NCBI GenBank assembly: GCA_973895155.1
Contig: OZ316891.1
Location: 15,655,037-15,719,036 of the forward strand
DNA from: Marsupella aquatica
Taxonomy: Eukaryota > Plantae > Marchantiophyta
DNA length: 64,000 nucleotides
Direction: 5' to 3'
Shown here: piece by piece, positions 13,443-26,710 of the stretch
Layout of the letters: every line of letters starts with the position of its first letter
How positions within the stretch are numbered: the stretch's first letter is position 1
The notes under the pieces: model-generated
What the model was told of the DNA's origin: nothing
Databases searched by the model: none
What the model saw: the letters and a program-made list of their open reading frames with translations, nothing else
Translations under genes and position numbers: made by a program

Positions 13443-14938
13443 CCGTCTAATCCCAGGGGCCCAAATAATAGGGGGTCTCAAATATCGGGCCAGGTCCTTT
13501 TTGGACTGTCATGCTAGGTTTAGGCAGACGCAACCAAAACTTGTGCAACACTCCCTCAAATGGGCCCGCACAAGCCTATCGGAGGATAGGAATGGTCTCA
13601 TAACTATTACACCGTGGGCAATCTTTGAAACACCACTTCTCCTTTTGCGCATCACTACTCATGCATGACCTTGGCCACATATGAACGCCATAGCTCAAGC
13701 TTGCAATGCCTAGTAGGGAACGTCTGTCAGGTTTTGTGGGCTCTACAAATGCCAATTCAGTTGAGGTCCAAGCTCCACAAATTGATAAGCTGGTGAATTG
13801 TGCTAGGGTTCATTGATTTATAGTATAGTCTGAACATAACTCATGTTCTCATAGGGAAAGATGGGAGAGTGGACCTGCCTTTCTCATGCACATAAAATCT
13901 CAACTAAAGCATTTTTCCCTACTTACCTATATGGCCAGTGACAGGGTGATTCAACAGCTGAGATTGGACAACTCTCTCACAAACAAAGATGGGAGAGTGG
14001 ACCTGCCTTTCCCATGCACATAAAATCTCAACTATAGCACTTTTGTCTCGTGATCTATATGGGCTGTGGCAGGGTGACTCAATTAGTTGAGATTGGAAAA
14101 TTTCTCCAATAGTGATCCAACATTAGATTTCCCCTCAAATAGAACCCCTCCAGTAGAATGCTTTAACATCAAAGTAGTTTTGTACATATCTTGGTATCGA
14201 CCAAAGCGCCTGGCTAGATTAGCATCATCCATCTAAGGGAACCTGTAATCAGCCAGCACGGCAGCCATGGAAGTGAATACAGAGTTTTTGGACTGATACC
14301 GGGTACGTGGCCTTGTTCATCAACCTGCCCCAAAGAGAGCATTATAGTTATCCCGAACCTCCAAGTAGTCAATAATCAAAGCCTAATCTTTGTACATATC
14401 ATCTTTGTCCTTGATACCTGGTTACCTGAACCTATTCCTCGTGCTATGCCTTGGGTCTTTGCCATTGCTAGATATGCAGGTGCTGCAACACACAATTTCG
14501 CAGTGTTGCTAAGTCCTATAGAGATGTAGCCTAAGTCATGTGTGGTGGGATGAAACCTTGTCCTCCCATGGCGGATATGGAGCCATGTTCACAGGACAAT
14601 ATCCTCACATCACTCAAACCCTCTGCAAGAATATGTTCCATTGTCAAGTTCAAAGTTTGTAAGACATAAACTCCATAAATTTGGCGTGATGGTTTGATGC
14701 TCAAATTTGAAGTGAATAGTGTGTTTAGTGCATACAGGAATGGCATGCGGGCTGTTTCAGAAGAGTAAGAAGTTTGCGTAAAGCCCACAACACTCTGTCG
14801 TGGGGCAGAAAAAGACTGAGGTGGGCAAAGATACCCTAATCTGTGAAAGGGGACTGTGGCATAAGTTACTGACACCGTTGGAATCCCCCCCCCCCAGAAC
14901 TAAGTCCCGGCCTTATATTTGAGACCCCCTAATAGACG
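13443..14938. mobile_element. Non-autonomous TIR DNA transposon (~1.5 kb)
   Basis: Inverted termini TAGGGGGTCTCAAATATcgGGCC (13469-) and GGCCttATATTTGAGACCCCCTA (-14931), plus outer CCGTCTA/TAGACGG. No transposase ORF inside. Confidence 0.55.
13857..14106 (+). repeat. Tandem duplication, ~128-bp unit x2
   Basis: Unit starting AAAGATGGGAGAGTGGACCTGCCTTT at 13857 and 13985, similar through ...GAGATTGGA. Confidence 0.85.
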
Positions 14939-16844
14939 GCGAGTGTGCCACAACACCAGGTTGCTGAGGGAAGTAACTAGTATGTATCATACCAGGAGAC
15001 GGGATTTCAAAAGGGAACCAAATACACGTGGGAGACAAGGCAAAACCCCTAGAAGACCAAATGGCCAAAAAGCCCAATAAGGCTCCAAGCATAAGCTAAC
15101 TAAAAAAGGCTCGAAGCTAAACAAGATGTCTAGCTACTAAGTATAAACAAAGGATCAAACCCCACCCACTATCTTCTTCTTGTGACACCATTCCAAAAAA
15201 TTAAATGGGTGATATAGAAAGCTCTTCTTTGTATTATTATTTTCCTAGCATAACAGTTGTTCAAAGATTGTTCCTCATCTAATCATCTGCTCAGTGGCCT
15301 CACTCCATTAATGTGGAGCAAACCCAAGATCTGTCATAGAGGTTTTTTGTATTTGAGGACCTCACCGCTCTTTAGGGAATGTCACTAATTTTAACTCAGT
15401 CAGAACATCTGCAAACTTAAGACATAACTTCCTGGGGGGTAGACTTCCAACATTTATAGAGACCAAGCACGATCTAAAATAGGTATTTTTGATAGAGACT
15501 AGATAAATTTTTGAAAGGCGTAAGCAGTAAAAGAAGGTATTTAAAACTAAATTTTAGTAGTGGCTATGAAGAAAATGGTCCTTGTTGTGGACTATTTTAT
15601 GGTAAATAATTGATTTATAGATTGAAGTGAAATAAACATAACAATTTAATTAAATGATTAATGCGTTATTAATGGGGTGAAAAATTAAAAAGATGCTTGA
15701 AATTCATTGTTTATAGTTTAATTAAGTAAAAAATAGAAATATTGCCTTTTTGTAATTATCAAATTTCAAGACAAATAGTTTTATGATGTGTGTATAAAAT
15801 ACTAATTCAAAATTTTGTTATTTTGTTATTAATGTACTCTATTTAAATAATCCTTGAGTTGTGGATAGTAGTCCAATACATTATGAAGTTTTAATTCAGT
15901 GTCATTGTATTCTATTTTATTAATTCTTCTAAGTTCTGCTTTTAAGTTGGGATCTCTATTTAGCAATTTAGTCATGTTTTGAACAGTTGATAATCTCTCA
16001 AGTTGATTTCCATGAGTCCAAATTGGATGTAGGAGTGCCCGATCTTTGTCCTTTTTGTGTCGATAGCATATCCATGGTAGACTGTGCAGTCCTTGATATT
16101 ATCTCCTCCTCCAAGGATTCTTAAATCCATAATACATTTCCTTCCTGCAAGGCTCATTCCCTGGCTGAAAAGTTGTGTTACTGCATGAATTCCAAGCCAA
16201 CTCATTGTCATTCTAGTTATTGAAATGCTTGAAATACTCATTCCATTTTGCAAATTGTATCTGTCATCTCCAAGATGGATTTTTTTGGACTACTTTTCTG
16301 GTTTCATAGGAATAACTTTTTGTGGTAGGTCTAAGATGAAGCATTATGGAATCAAGAACTATAATACACAGTTGCGCCACTTTTTAGAGTGGCCGTCATT
16401 CAAATTTGCAGGGCACAAAAATTAAAAAATCTGGTCAAAGGTAAGCAATAAAGCCAAAGTGTGAATTGAGTTTAGTGTGAGTCACAAAAAGTTGCACCAG
16501 TGCCCAAGTGTTTTTATCCACTTGGGACCTCTTCTGTTTATTCGTGTGTACTCTGTTTGGCCCTTTTTCTGTAAAAAGTTTCTTATCTCCCCAAGACGAG
16601 CAAGAATAATCACACAAGGCACACAAAAAAAGAAGGGAAATACTTTAACACAATGCACAAGAATCAATGCACAAGGATCAAAGAGTATACATCCATGCAA
16701 TAAATATTGTACATATTCACACGCAAATTTGTATTGTATATATTCATTGTACATATTTCAATATTGTGTGCATCATAAGTTTGTATAATACAGGTAAGAG
16801 TCCCTAAAAGTAATTTAATTGCTAATAACATTTTAGTCACTAGA

Positions 16845-17678
16845 TCAATAAAAAACTATTCTCCCAATATTTGTGGTGATATTTACGGTCATTTGCAATG
16901 TCATTCTCAATGCAAAACAACAAAAGTAATAAAGCCCAAAGACATAGTGAAGGGCATGGCATGGGTGTTGATGGCAAGGTCTCAGGCGAGGGGCATACTC
17001 GCAATGTAGGGTAGCCCCTCGATCTCACATGGGTGGGGAAGGGGGGCGGTGAACGAGTGGAGTGATGGTGAATGTGAAAAAGCGAAGACCAAAAATAGGA
17101 AAAGGGAAAAAGGGGGAGGTTGAGGTTTGAAAAGAACAATCTTTTTTCTTAACAACATCTTTTATGCAACGCACGGGTATTTTCGTGAACGATGTCTTGG
17201 CCGACACAACATCTTTTCCCTCAACGATGTCTTTGCCGACACAACATCTTTTTCTCAACACTGGCCGACATGACAAAAAAAAATTAACGACATCTTGGCC
17301 GACACGACATCTTTTTTCTCAACGACCTCTTGGCTGACACGTTATCTTTTTTTCTCAACCACTTCTTTTCTCTCAATGAAAGAACTTTAGGGCAACTCAA
17401 AATAATTTCTCTCCACGACCTCTTGGCCGACACATCTTTTTTTCTCAACGACATCTTGGCCAACATGACTTCGTTTTTCTCAACAACCTCTTGGCCAACA
17501 CAACATCTTTTCTCTCACGACCTCTTGGGCGACACAACATTTTTTTTCTCTCCAAGACCTCTTGGCCGACACAACATCTTTTCTCTCCACGACCTCTTGG
17601 CTGACATGACATCATTTTTTCTCAACGACATCTTGACCAACACGACTTCTTTTGTGCAACGCACAGGTATTGAGCTAG
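16845..17678 (+). mobile_element. Non-autonomous Helitron, copy 1
   Basis: 3' end GTGCAACGCACAGGTATTGAGCTAG|T (GC-rich hairpin, CTAG, following T), the canonical plant Helitron terminus. The 5' end (A|TC at 16845) is tentative. Confidence 0.7.
17140..17655 (+). repeat. Subterminal minisatellite of the Helitron, ~35-39-bp unit
   Basis: About 12 degenerate copies of TTTTCTCAACGAC(A/C)TCTTGGCCGACACAACATCT. Confidence 0.85.
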
Positions 17679-18856
17679 TTTTGAACATAAATGAATACAT
17701 ATTCTGGGAGATATGTTAGACTTTGATATGGTTTTGTTATGTCATCTGGTGGTTCGTTGGGATTAAGAGTTATAGAAAAGGCATAGCCTAGATTGTTTAT
17801 CGCATTTTCTGCATCAAAATATTTATTGTCAAGGAAAGCAATAGTCGTGCCATGGTAGTAATATTGCCATTTTGGTATTTTTTCAATTACAATATTTTGT
17901 GAATTAAAATATTTTGCCAATAGTTTCCTGTTTCTGTGTTATCTTGTCTTTTCTGCACAGTTAAAGTTCTAATCACATTTATGGACGTCCAGAAGTTTCT
18001 TTCGAGATACGTGTCACTTGGGTCGTATGATGTCTTGTTCATGTGTATTTGTAACTCACTTGCAAACCACATATTCAAATCTTCAGCGTTTAGTGATTCT
18101 TCTGCATGAGCTCCGTAGTACATTGGAAAGTCTCTTGGTTTTGATAATTGTTCATAGTCACCAAAAAAGATCATGTTCATGCCGCTAAATGGTTGATCAT
18201 TTTTTGCTCTTTTGCCCAAAACAATTGTGATTTTCTCTGCTATGTGTTTGATGTGACGGTGTGAAAGGAATGATAGCTTGTCTACAAAAACATACTGTAG
18301 ATTTCCTACTCGTTGTGTTAAAACTTCAATAGCCCTTAGTGATGTATTAGGTCCTCTCTAACCAAACCCTAAGTATATCTGTATTCACATGGAGATTATA
18401 TTCATAGATGAACAACAGTGTCTCTTGAATTTCATCTAACCAAAATTAGATGAATTTTTGGAATGGACGCTGCTCTCGGGAATATTATAGATTATTTTCT
18501 AATATATACATTTATAAAGAAAAACAAGTAATTAATATTGAAAATAGAGAATATTCTTAGAATTTTTTCTTTATATAATAGAAATATTTATATTAGGCTA
18601 GGATCAGTCTCCCAACACATACACTAAGTGAACCCCTTGAGATCATTTCCCCTCGCTCTGTCTGAATGGCAAGGAAATAGATCTTTGAATTTGTCTGCAA
18701 AATAGACAAGGCATTTGAGACATGAAGTTAACATGCTAATGTGAGACTCAGGGATTGTTTACAGACAATGAGATTGTACAATTGGAGAACCTTAGGCAAT
18801 TGCTTCATGGGCTTGTGCTTGTTGGGGTTAACTTCTTGTTACTTAGGCTAAATTGC

Positions 18857-19080
18857 TGTTAGGGTATTAATGGTGATTAGCTGCGACTCTTGCATCTAGC
18901 ATATAGAGAGGCTAGGGAGCTAGCTAGGTGCCCGGAGGAGAGCTTGTACAAGGAGACTTTGTGTGGCCATGGTGGCAAAAGCTTAGTAACATTTTTGTGT
19001 GTTCCCGTGGACATAACCTCATCGGTGTGTGCATGTTTGTTGGTTGTGCTCATGGTTGTATCATGTAGTTTTTCCCAACA
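18857..19080 (+). mobile_element. Putative solo LTR remnant (copia-like)
   Basis: TGTT...AACA termini, TATA-like ATATAG, and TG-rich tail like 13091-13300. TSD imperfect. Confidence 0.35.
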
Positions 19081-22000
19081 GTGCTTAGTAATCAGAACGC
19101 AACAGCCAAAACCATCGCAAGTAAAATAAAACCATGTACAAGAAACCCAGGCTATGACCTTTGAACTTGGGACCTGTCACCAGCAACCCCAAAGATGTAC
19201 TAATAGGATAGGGTAAAAAATTGTACTGGCTACCTAATTACAATTTTCCCTGATATATTACCTTGTTTTGTGTTTGTGACGGGTCCCAGCCCTTTGTTTT
19301 GTGACATCTACTTAACAGGGGCAAACATTAAAACTTCATAATATCCATTGCCAGTTTGCCTTTCAAGAGCAGGTGGAACCTCAGTCCCTGCCATTGGTTT
19401 CAAATCCACAACCCTATAAGTTGCTTGTTTGTAGGGGAGGATGGCACCTCAAGCCTATCCATCTTCTTCAACCTTAATTAAAATATAGCGAGACAAAGTC
19501 TCAAGATTGTGGGCAGGAAAATCCCAAAGTGAAAATTGTTGAATTGCCACCTTTTTTGCAAAAATTATCAAATTGCCACTCTTTTTAATTTAATTGACTA
19601 ATTTGCCATTGTTGAGACCATGTCAACCCATGTTATAAAACCATCCTGACTTGCTCTTGCTCACTCCCAGCTCAAACAGTGGATGCTGAGGGCATACTGG
19701 GGGGTATACCCATTGTTGCCACTGTCAGCGCTAAGGGTATGTGGTTAAGGTTTTAGAGTTATGTTCCATCTACCTAGAACTAGGCCCCAAGGCCAACTTC
19801 AAGCCCACCCCAAATTTTGGACTTGATGGTAAACAACAACAACAACAACTGGCTCCCCCCCCCCCCCCTTCCACCTCCCACCAGGAAATATGCACACTAG
19901 TAGAAATCTTGTCTTTCCTTACCAAGATTATTCAGTTTGGACAGGCAGTTACAAAATATAAAAGGACAGTCATCTTTGAAATAATTATCCTATTTCAATA
20001 ACCCCCTCAATAACAAACTATTTTCATCCTTTTGGCAAAATTCATTACTAATGGAAAAAGATGCCTAGATGGACCTCAAGGTTGATTGATATTCCTGGAC
20101 GGTCGTTTGCTATTGGGATACGGGTGTCTGAAGATTGAAAATTTCTCAGATAGCACTGTTTACACTAAAGATTTTAAAATGGCTCGTAAACCAAAATGCA
20201 ACCAGTGATTTTGGGTCATCATCTGTTGAGTTGGATTTCTCTGCTACCATTCTATCTTTCAAGACCCACTTTAGCTCAAATCAACTTTCCTACTGTCAGC
20301 CAGATGTTTAATTACTATCACTTACAGAAACCTTATAAATGCCAAAGCAAGCAGTCTTTTCAAACACATTTCTAACAAGAATTTTATTTTCAATTCTATC
20401 TATAGCTTTTGCATTGTACACGGGGGTAGTTAGGTTCAATAACACAGGCCCATTGGAGCACTTTTTCATCTTTTCAAAGGCCAATTTTCTTGTCATTTCA
20501 GACATCAAAATAGAAGTTATTATTAATTACTTTATAATTAAGATTATCTCATGAAAGCACAGAAAAATGTCATCAGACCAAATGACCAAATGCTACCATC
20601 GTAGTCCCGGGTGACAAGTGGACCCTTGTCTGATAACTTATTTTTCTACCATTTTACACTTTAATAAAATTTGGGGGTTGCTGTTGTAAATTACTAGGGC
20701 CCCACTGTAGCATTTCCCATAACAGATACAACAGTGTATATATCTGTCATTTAGCTCTACTTACCCCAATGTAACCATAACTACAAGGAAATTCCTGACT
20801 TTAGAGAGTTGATGAAAATTCATGTTTCTTTTATTTTGATACTTGTAGGAGATCTGGAAAACATAGAAATAAACATTGAGTTTAGTTGACTGTTCCACGT
20901 GGTATTGACATTTTGTTTACTAACAAAGAAGACCAACCATTTCATTCATAAATACTCCAACATGTGAAACTAACTGTCCCTGTTCGTTTTACCTGAACAA
21001 CAGTGATGCCTCTACCCGTAACCACACATCAAAATGTGATACCATATTGTGTGCACTAATTGATTTAAAGAAAATAACAAGGTTTATCATGATATGGAAG
21101 GATGTCGTATGCCATATATGTCATATTTTGATGTGCAGATACCGAGACCCAAGTAATGCCCCTCAGTTCTCCCTCTCCAACCCAAAGAACTACCCTGTGC
21201 ACAGACGGACCAACAGACGGATAATTGATTGTCTGGAGCCCTCACGTCACTGAGGAATCTTCATTAATCAAAGTATAAACTATTAAATACATAACAACCA
21301 TAGTAGCCAAACTCCTTGAGTTGAATGAGAGTTTTAGAAAGGTTAATCCAGATTAAGAGATTACAAATATCTATAACTCTCTCGCATCCAATTTACTTCC
21401 ATCATAACAGTTTCTCAAAAGACAACAAAAAAATGATTTGAGATTACTAAATCAATTCTCAATCAAAATCTGGGGTTTTCCTGTCAACAAATTTGTAGCA
21501 CCCTCAATTTGTAGCACTGCTACAGTATGCTACAAAAGCAGGGTATGAATCACGGATAATTGAGTGTGCTACATATTATACTCAGAATCTGCTGTGGTCA
21601 TAGTTACTACTAAAGGCAAAAACTTCCTCCATGAGTATAGAGCACTCTGTGAATACACCGTGCGTTAAATCTACGTCAACCGTACAACCAGAACATAAAC
21701 CAAGACACACGTTAATAGAAATGGTGACAAAAATCATCAAGCATGATCATCATCTGTTTACTAATATCTCATATTCTTTCCATCCACATAAATTTGGGTG
21801 AGGTCACACTAGAGTCATGGTCTAGAGGCTTCACCATAGAAGCCTAGACCCCAACTCTAGCTGCTGCTCATTACAATCAAAGACTATAATAAGAGGTTAC
21901 GCCAAAAAATGGCATGGTAGTCATTCCATTTTGGTGCATTGTTTTGTGTGAGAAAAATCAAAACCTTAATGAAACCAATATGAGGGAAAAAATGTATTGC

Positions 22001-23813
22001 ATTTGAAAGTGGCGGATTGCAGTGGCAATCGTTGCCACGCCCGGACCCTCCCTCTGAAGGCCGTTGCACTGCAACAAAGCAACAACTCACCCTCCAAGCA
22101 TGGCCCTGACTTGCCAAGTGCCCCTGACTATCCTGTACCCCACCCCAGGCCCAACTCCTGCCGTTGCGCCTCAACCATGCGTCATCGGCACCTGGGTCCC
22201 TCACCCCTGCCCCTTGCTGTCCCTCTTGGCCCAACCCTGCACTTCCGTCTTGCTGTTTTCCCAACCCCAGCCCACTGCACCCACAGACAAGGGAGGGAGG
22301 GAGGAGCCCACGCTGCCCACCACAGATCCCCAACAAGGGAGGGAGCAATGAGCAAGGGAGAGCTCGCCCCAACCCTAGGACACCAACCACCTAACGGCCC
22401 CGTGCTGATGATCATGTGCTGCCTGACGCAGCCCCAATGAGGGAGGTAGCGACAACCAAGGGAGATACAAGGGAGTGACAAGGAGAGACAACTAAGGGAA
22501 ACTGAAGGAGCACCGGCAAAAGGCTGACGATGGAGAGACAATTGACCACAAAGGAGCAATATTTGTCTATTTATCAAATGGTAACTACGTATATTTCCAC
22601 TACTTCACGACCAATACCGTTTTAATTGTATCACGGGGACGTGGAGGGACGGTATTTAGACTTCATCACCCTAGAAAGGAGTAGATTTGTTTCCGCTCCC
22701 GGAAATGCATTTTTTGATCAAGTCTGTCGACTATGTCACCCTTCACTGCTTTTGATCAAGTCCATGGACTACACTCTCTACTTTCCTCTTGGTCTCTAGT
22801 GGAGTGTTGTCACCACTCCTCTGGCTCACAAGGCTGACCAGACCTTGCAAACTTCTATCAAGAATCCACTTGGTAGGTCCTTTCACAAAAAAATATACCA
22901 AAATGGCTATGGGAAGAACACAACTATGAAAGAAATGAAATCGTAAGACGCAATGAATTTTGGAGAGTCAAGCTGAATCCATATCTCTTGGTGAACAAGT
23001 AATACATTGCATGAGTAACCCGGCCTCGTGCCGTCTACTCAACTCCTGCCTCACTAGGACAATAAGTACTTCTCACCTCACTACTCCAGATGACTTCCCT
23101 CTCCATCCTACGAGCTAACACTCCATCAAAACTAGACTGAGTTCCCCCTTGCACCTACCGGGGGCTGCCCTTAAATACAAAAAAAACACCAAAGCACACA
23201 AGCCCTACAAGGGTGAGGCAGCCACTGCCCTGGCTAGTCGCTACCCCCTGGCGGCACCGCTAACCTCACAACCTAACATGCAGCACACACATGTATCACC
23301 AACCTATCCTATCCTAAGGGAGACCAATGGTGTCCACTACCACTGCTAGACAAGGACTCACTTGAGTCCACCTATCCTATCTATCTACCACCGGTCCACC
23401 ATATAAAGGGGGGGGGGGGGGGGGGCTACAATTGTCAAAACTAAATATTTTCAGAATTCACTTCTGAAAAAATATTTGAGGGGTCCTCCTCTTCTTGATC
23501 ACCGCTCCATAAACGTCGCACAAAATGGAGGTCAAGCGGCCAAGATATGATCGTTTCAATTCTTACAGGGCACCATCCCCCTTCGTTTTGTCCGTACAAC
23601 ACCAAGGGGGCCTGGCTTCTCCCACAACAGGGGTCCCCGGATTTTTTGCTGCCATCTCCACTTTTGGAAAAAACAAGGGTCCCCGACTGCCGGATGTACG
23701 AGTGTCCGTACGGCTCCGATGTCGAGAAATTTTTGTCCAAAACATAATCTAACGTATCTTTACCATCTTAACTCCATTTTGGCCGTGTGACACGTCGTTG
23801 GATTCAGCCCCCA

Positions 23814-24015
23814 GGAGTGAGGAAGGAGAATGTGGGAGGCTAAGGCTGAGGAAGGAAAATGTGGGAAACTACGGGCGAGGGAGGAAAATATGGGAGATTA
23901 CAAGTGGGGAAGGAAAATGTGGGAGACTACGGAGTGAGGAAGGAAATTGTGGGGAACTACAGAGTGAAGGAGGAAAAAATGGGAGACTACGGATGGGGAA
24001 GGAAAATGTGGGGGC
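23814..24015 (+). repeat. Purine-rich minisatellite, ~29-30-bp unit x7
   Basis: Consensus GAGGAAGGAAAATGTGGGAGACTACGGAGT repeated. Confidence 0.85.
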
Positions 24016-24504
24016 CCCTTCCTTCTAAGGGCCCTCCCACCATCACTACTCCAAGATTGTCTAGTTTTGTCATTTTACGGGTGTTGAGGTCCCTCGAGAT
24101 GTCACTGTTTGATACAGACCTAAAATCAACTAGGGAACCCCAGTTTTGCATGGGGCTCATTTGGCTTCAAAATGAATCCAAACATAACCATGTTTGGAAT
24201 AGTACTAGCGCAGCAACGTCTGTTTTAAATTTCAACATTTTCTATATTTTGGTCATTCTTCCCGTTTTGTGCCTTATGTGGAGCCTCCGGCCAGTCCCCA
24301 CCCATCTGAGATGCCCACACCTTGGCCTCCAAGTCCTTGGGCTGCCTTTTGGCCTCCTTGTACCCCCTCAATGGCTCCATTGTCATCCATCACCGCCCAA
24401 CACCCCTCTCAACTCCGGCCTCCGGTTGTCGAATCAAATTATTAGAACTAACAAAAATAAAAAATTTGAAAATCCAAACATTTTTGCTACCACCTACTTG
24501 TCTT

Positions 24505-25299
24505 TCTACTTATATACACGATTATAAGTCATCACTAAGTTACTACTGGGTTTGGGGCCCTGTCACAAGCAACGAGGGAGAGGAAGAGACGAGCAATGAA
24601 GGAGAGGGAGTAGGGACAAGGGAGCGACGACAACCAGGGAGCAACAACTTTTCCTCCCGTGCATGGTCCCCAAACCCTACAAACCGGCTCCAGAGATGTC
24701 AAGTCCCACTGTCCACGGCCTGGCTCCCTCCTCCGCACCCCAACTTGCCGTGCCCAATTGTTGCCCTGGCCCTTGCCTGGACCCAAGATCTTTGGGTGCA
24801 ATGAAACCCTAGACTCAGGGGTCCCATCCCCGACCCTAACTCAACCTCTTGCCCGGGTTCCAACTCCTCGACAAGCCCTCTGTCGTAGTTATCACTTCCC
24901 ACCCGATTTAGAACTCAAACATGCTCAATGTTGGGTGTCAAAATATTGGGACCAACAGTGGTCCGGGGGCGGCAGGTCCCCAAAAGTATATATGAGGGGA
25001 CCATCTCGTCTCAAACATCCCATGTTGGAAAGTGTTGCAAACCACACCACCACCCCAAGGTGACATGATGTTGGCAAGTAAGGAGCCACATAACCTTCTT
25101 TTTTCACAACATCTTTGACCTAACTACATCTTGGGCAACACAATATTTTTTCTTTGAATGACATCTTGGGTGCCACAACATCTTTTTTCTTAACGACATC
25201 TCGGGCGACATGACATCTTTTTCTTAATGACATCTTAGGTGACACAACATCTTTTTCTTCACGATACTTTGTGCAATGCACGAGTATTGAGTTAGCTAG
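24505..25299 (+). mobile_element. Non-autonomous Helitron, copy 2
   Basis: Same minisatellite units (25100-25270) and 3' end GTGCAATGCACGAGTATTGAGTTAGCTAG|T. Internal GA-rich and C-rich blocks match the reverse complement of 60330-60830. 5' TCTACTTATATA is tentative. Confidence 0.65.
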
Positions 25300-26710
25300 T
25301 TATATATATGGAGGAGTGGATCTATTTTCCCCCATTGTCATTTTTAATCATCTTGGAGGAAAGATAATAGGGGAGAAGGAGAGGAAGATCAAGGGAGGGA
25401 GTGGGAGAGAGAACAAAAGGAGAGAAAAGGCGCATGGGAGGGGAACAACTAAGGAAAAAGGGAGGAAAATAAAAGGCAAAGTGATCTCCTTTCCTTAGCA
25501 CAAGGAGAGCCTGACTGCTGTATGCACCATCTCCAACTTTTTCAACCAAAATGATAATATCTCCTCAACAATAACCACCCAATCAAAACAATGACACTTT
25601 TGCAAAACAACATGATTGCACACACAACAAGACCAAAATGACAACACTTCTTTGTCTGGGCACCTCAACAATTTTGTGGAACATATGGGCATTGTTGCAA
25701 CAATGACAATGTGACTGCAACAACACTTGTGCAAGGCACGAGCATTGTTGCATCCAAAACAACATAGTCGCAACAATAACCATGCAAAACACAGGCATTG
25801 GGCATAATAGCCTCTTGTTGTAGTGTTTTTATATAACAATATAATTGATCATGATCAAACACTTAAATATGTGATCCGCTCAGACATTTGGCGCGGTCTG
25901 TTTATGAAGTGAGTTTTCATTGGGGGACTCAATCTTTGCTGTTCAATGAAATACAAGTTCCCCATGACCATTGGATCAACCAAAACCCCCTTTTTTGCTC
26001 ACCCGCCTTGGCTGGTGCTGGTCACCATTCCCTGCCCCAAAGACCTCACTCGTCATGCCATGCTCCATCATGCCCCAAGGCAGGCTAGGCAGGCAGGCCA
26101 GGCCACACAATGGCCTCTCCTTCCCACCCATCAACGAGGGAGGTTTTCTAACTATCGGGGAGGGAGGGCAAGGGAGAAAAGGGGAAGGGAGAGAGGGGAG
26201 GCAGAAAAAGAGGGAGAGGGTACCAGAGAGGAGAAAACAGGGAGAAATGAAGGAAAATATAATTATATAAATATAAAAATATTTCTCACTCTATTGCTTC
26301 CCCATGGCTAATGTGACTTGTCTCAAGCTAGGGTTGTTGCCCTCTCCAACTTACAACATCCTCTCCTTTGTTGTTGCCTCTGTTTGCCAACCCAGTTGCA
26401 CCCTACCCTTGTGTACTGTGATCCCTTGCCAGGAATCATTTAGTCCAGGTTAGGCCAAAAATCTTTTTGAAAAGAAGGATATGTACATAATAAATAGTCA
26501 CCAGAGTAATAAAGGGGAACTCCAGGCCGGGTTGATTATGAAACTTAGGCGTAGTCGGAGTTTAGTGTGGATCAAGAAGATCAACGATAGATGACAACGA
26601 CAGATTAGGGTTACAACTTAATCCTTGCTTGCACCCTAATCAAAGATTGATTACTGAGTGGCAGCTTTGTAAGGGGTGGGGACTGATCCATTGCCAGTTA
26701 CTGTTCACTT

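Larger units (their letters stand above)
15972..18390 (-). pseudogene. Degenerate PIF1-family (SF1B) helicase, probably the helicase half of a Helitron-type RepHel, split by an insertion
   Basis: Ordered PIF1-like motifs on the minus strand: IQIYLG (~TIHSLLG), YVFVDKLSFLS (Walker B, DE>DK), PFSGMNMIFFGDYEQL (motif III), LTVQKRQ (motif IV), and at 15972-16253 HAVTQLFSQGMSL (~YAVTxHKSQGMTL). Contains stops and frameshifts. Confidence 0.7.

Noticed and set aside
17140-17655. CRISPR-like array of ~36-bp repeats
   Set aside because: Units are contiguous and degenerate with no unique spacers, there are no cas genes, the context is eukaryotic, and a Helitron minisatellite explains it.
20000-21550. 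Possible transposase or other coding remnants
   Set aside because: I could not find a recognisable motif in the frames examined, so no call is supportable.
21884-22577. Cluster of overlapping 130-170-aa ORFs
   Set aside because: GC-rich low-complexity repeat sequence related to Helitron internal blocks; no domain.
23798-24527. 222-aa ORF with repeated peptide
   Set aside because: Translation of a minisatellite and flanking repeat DNA.
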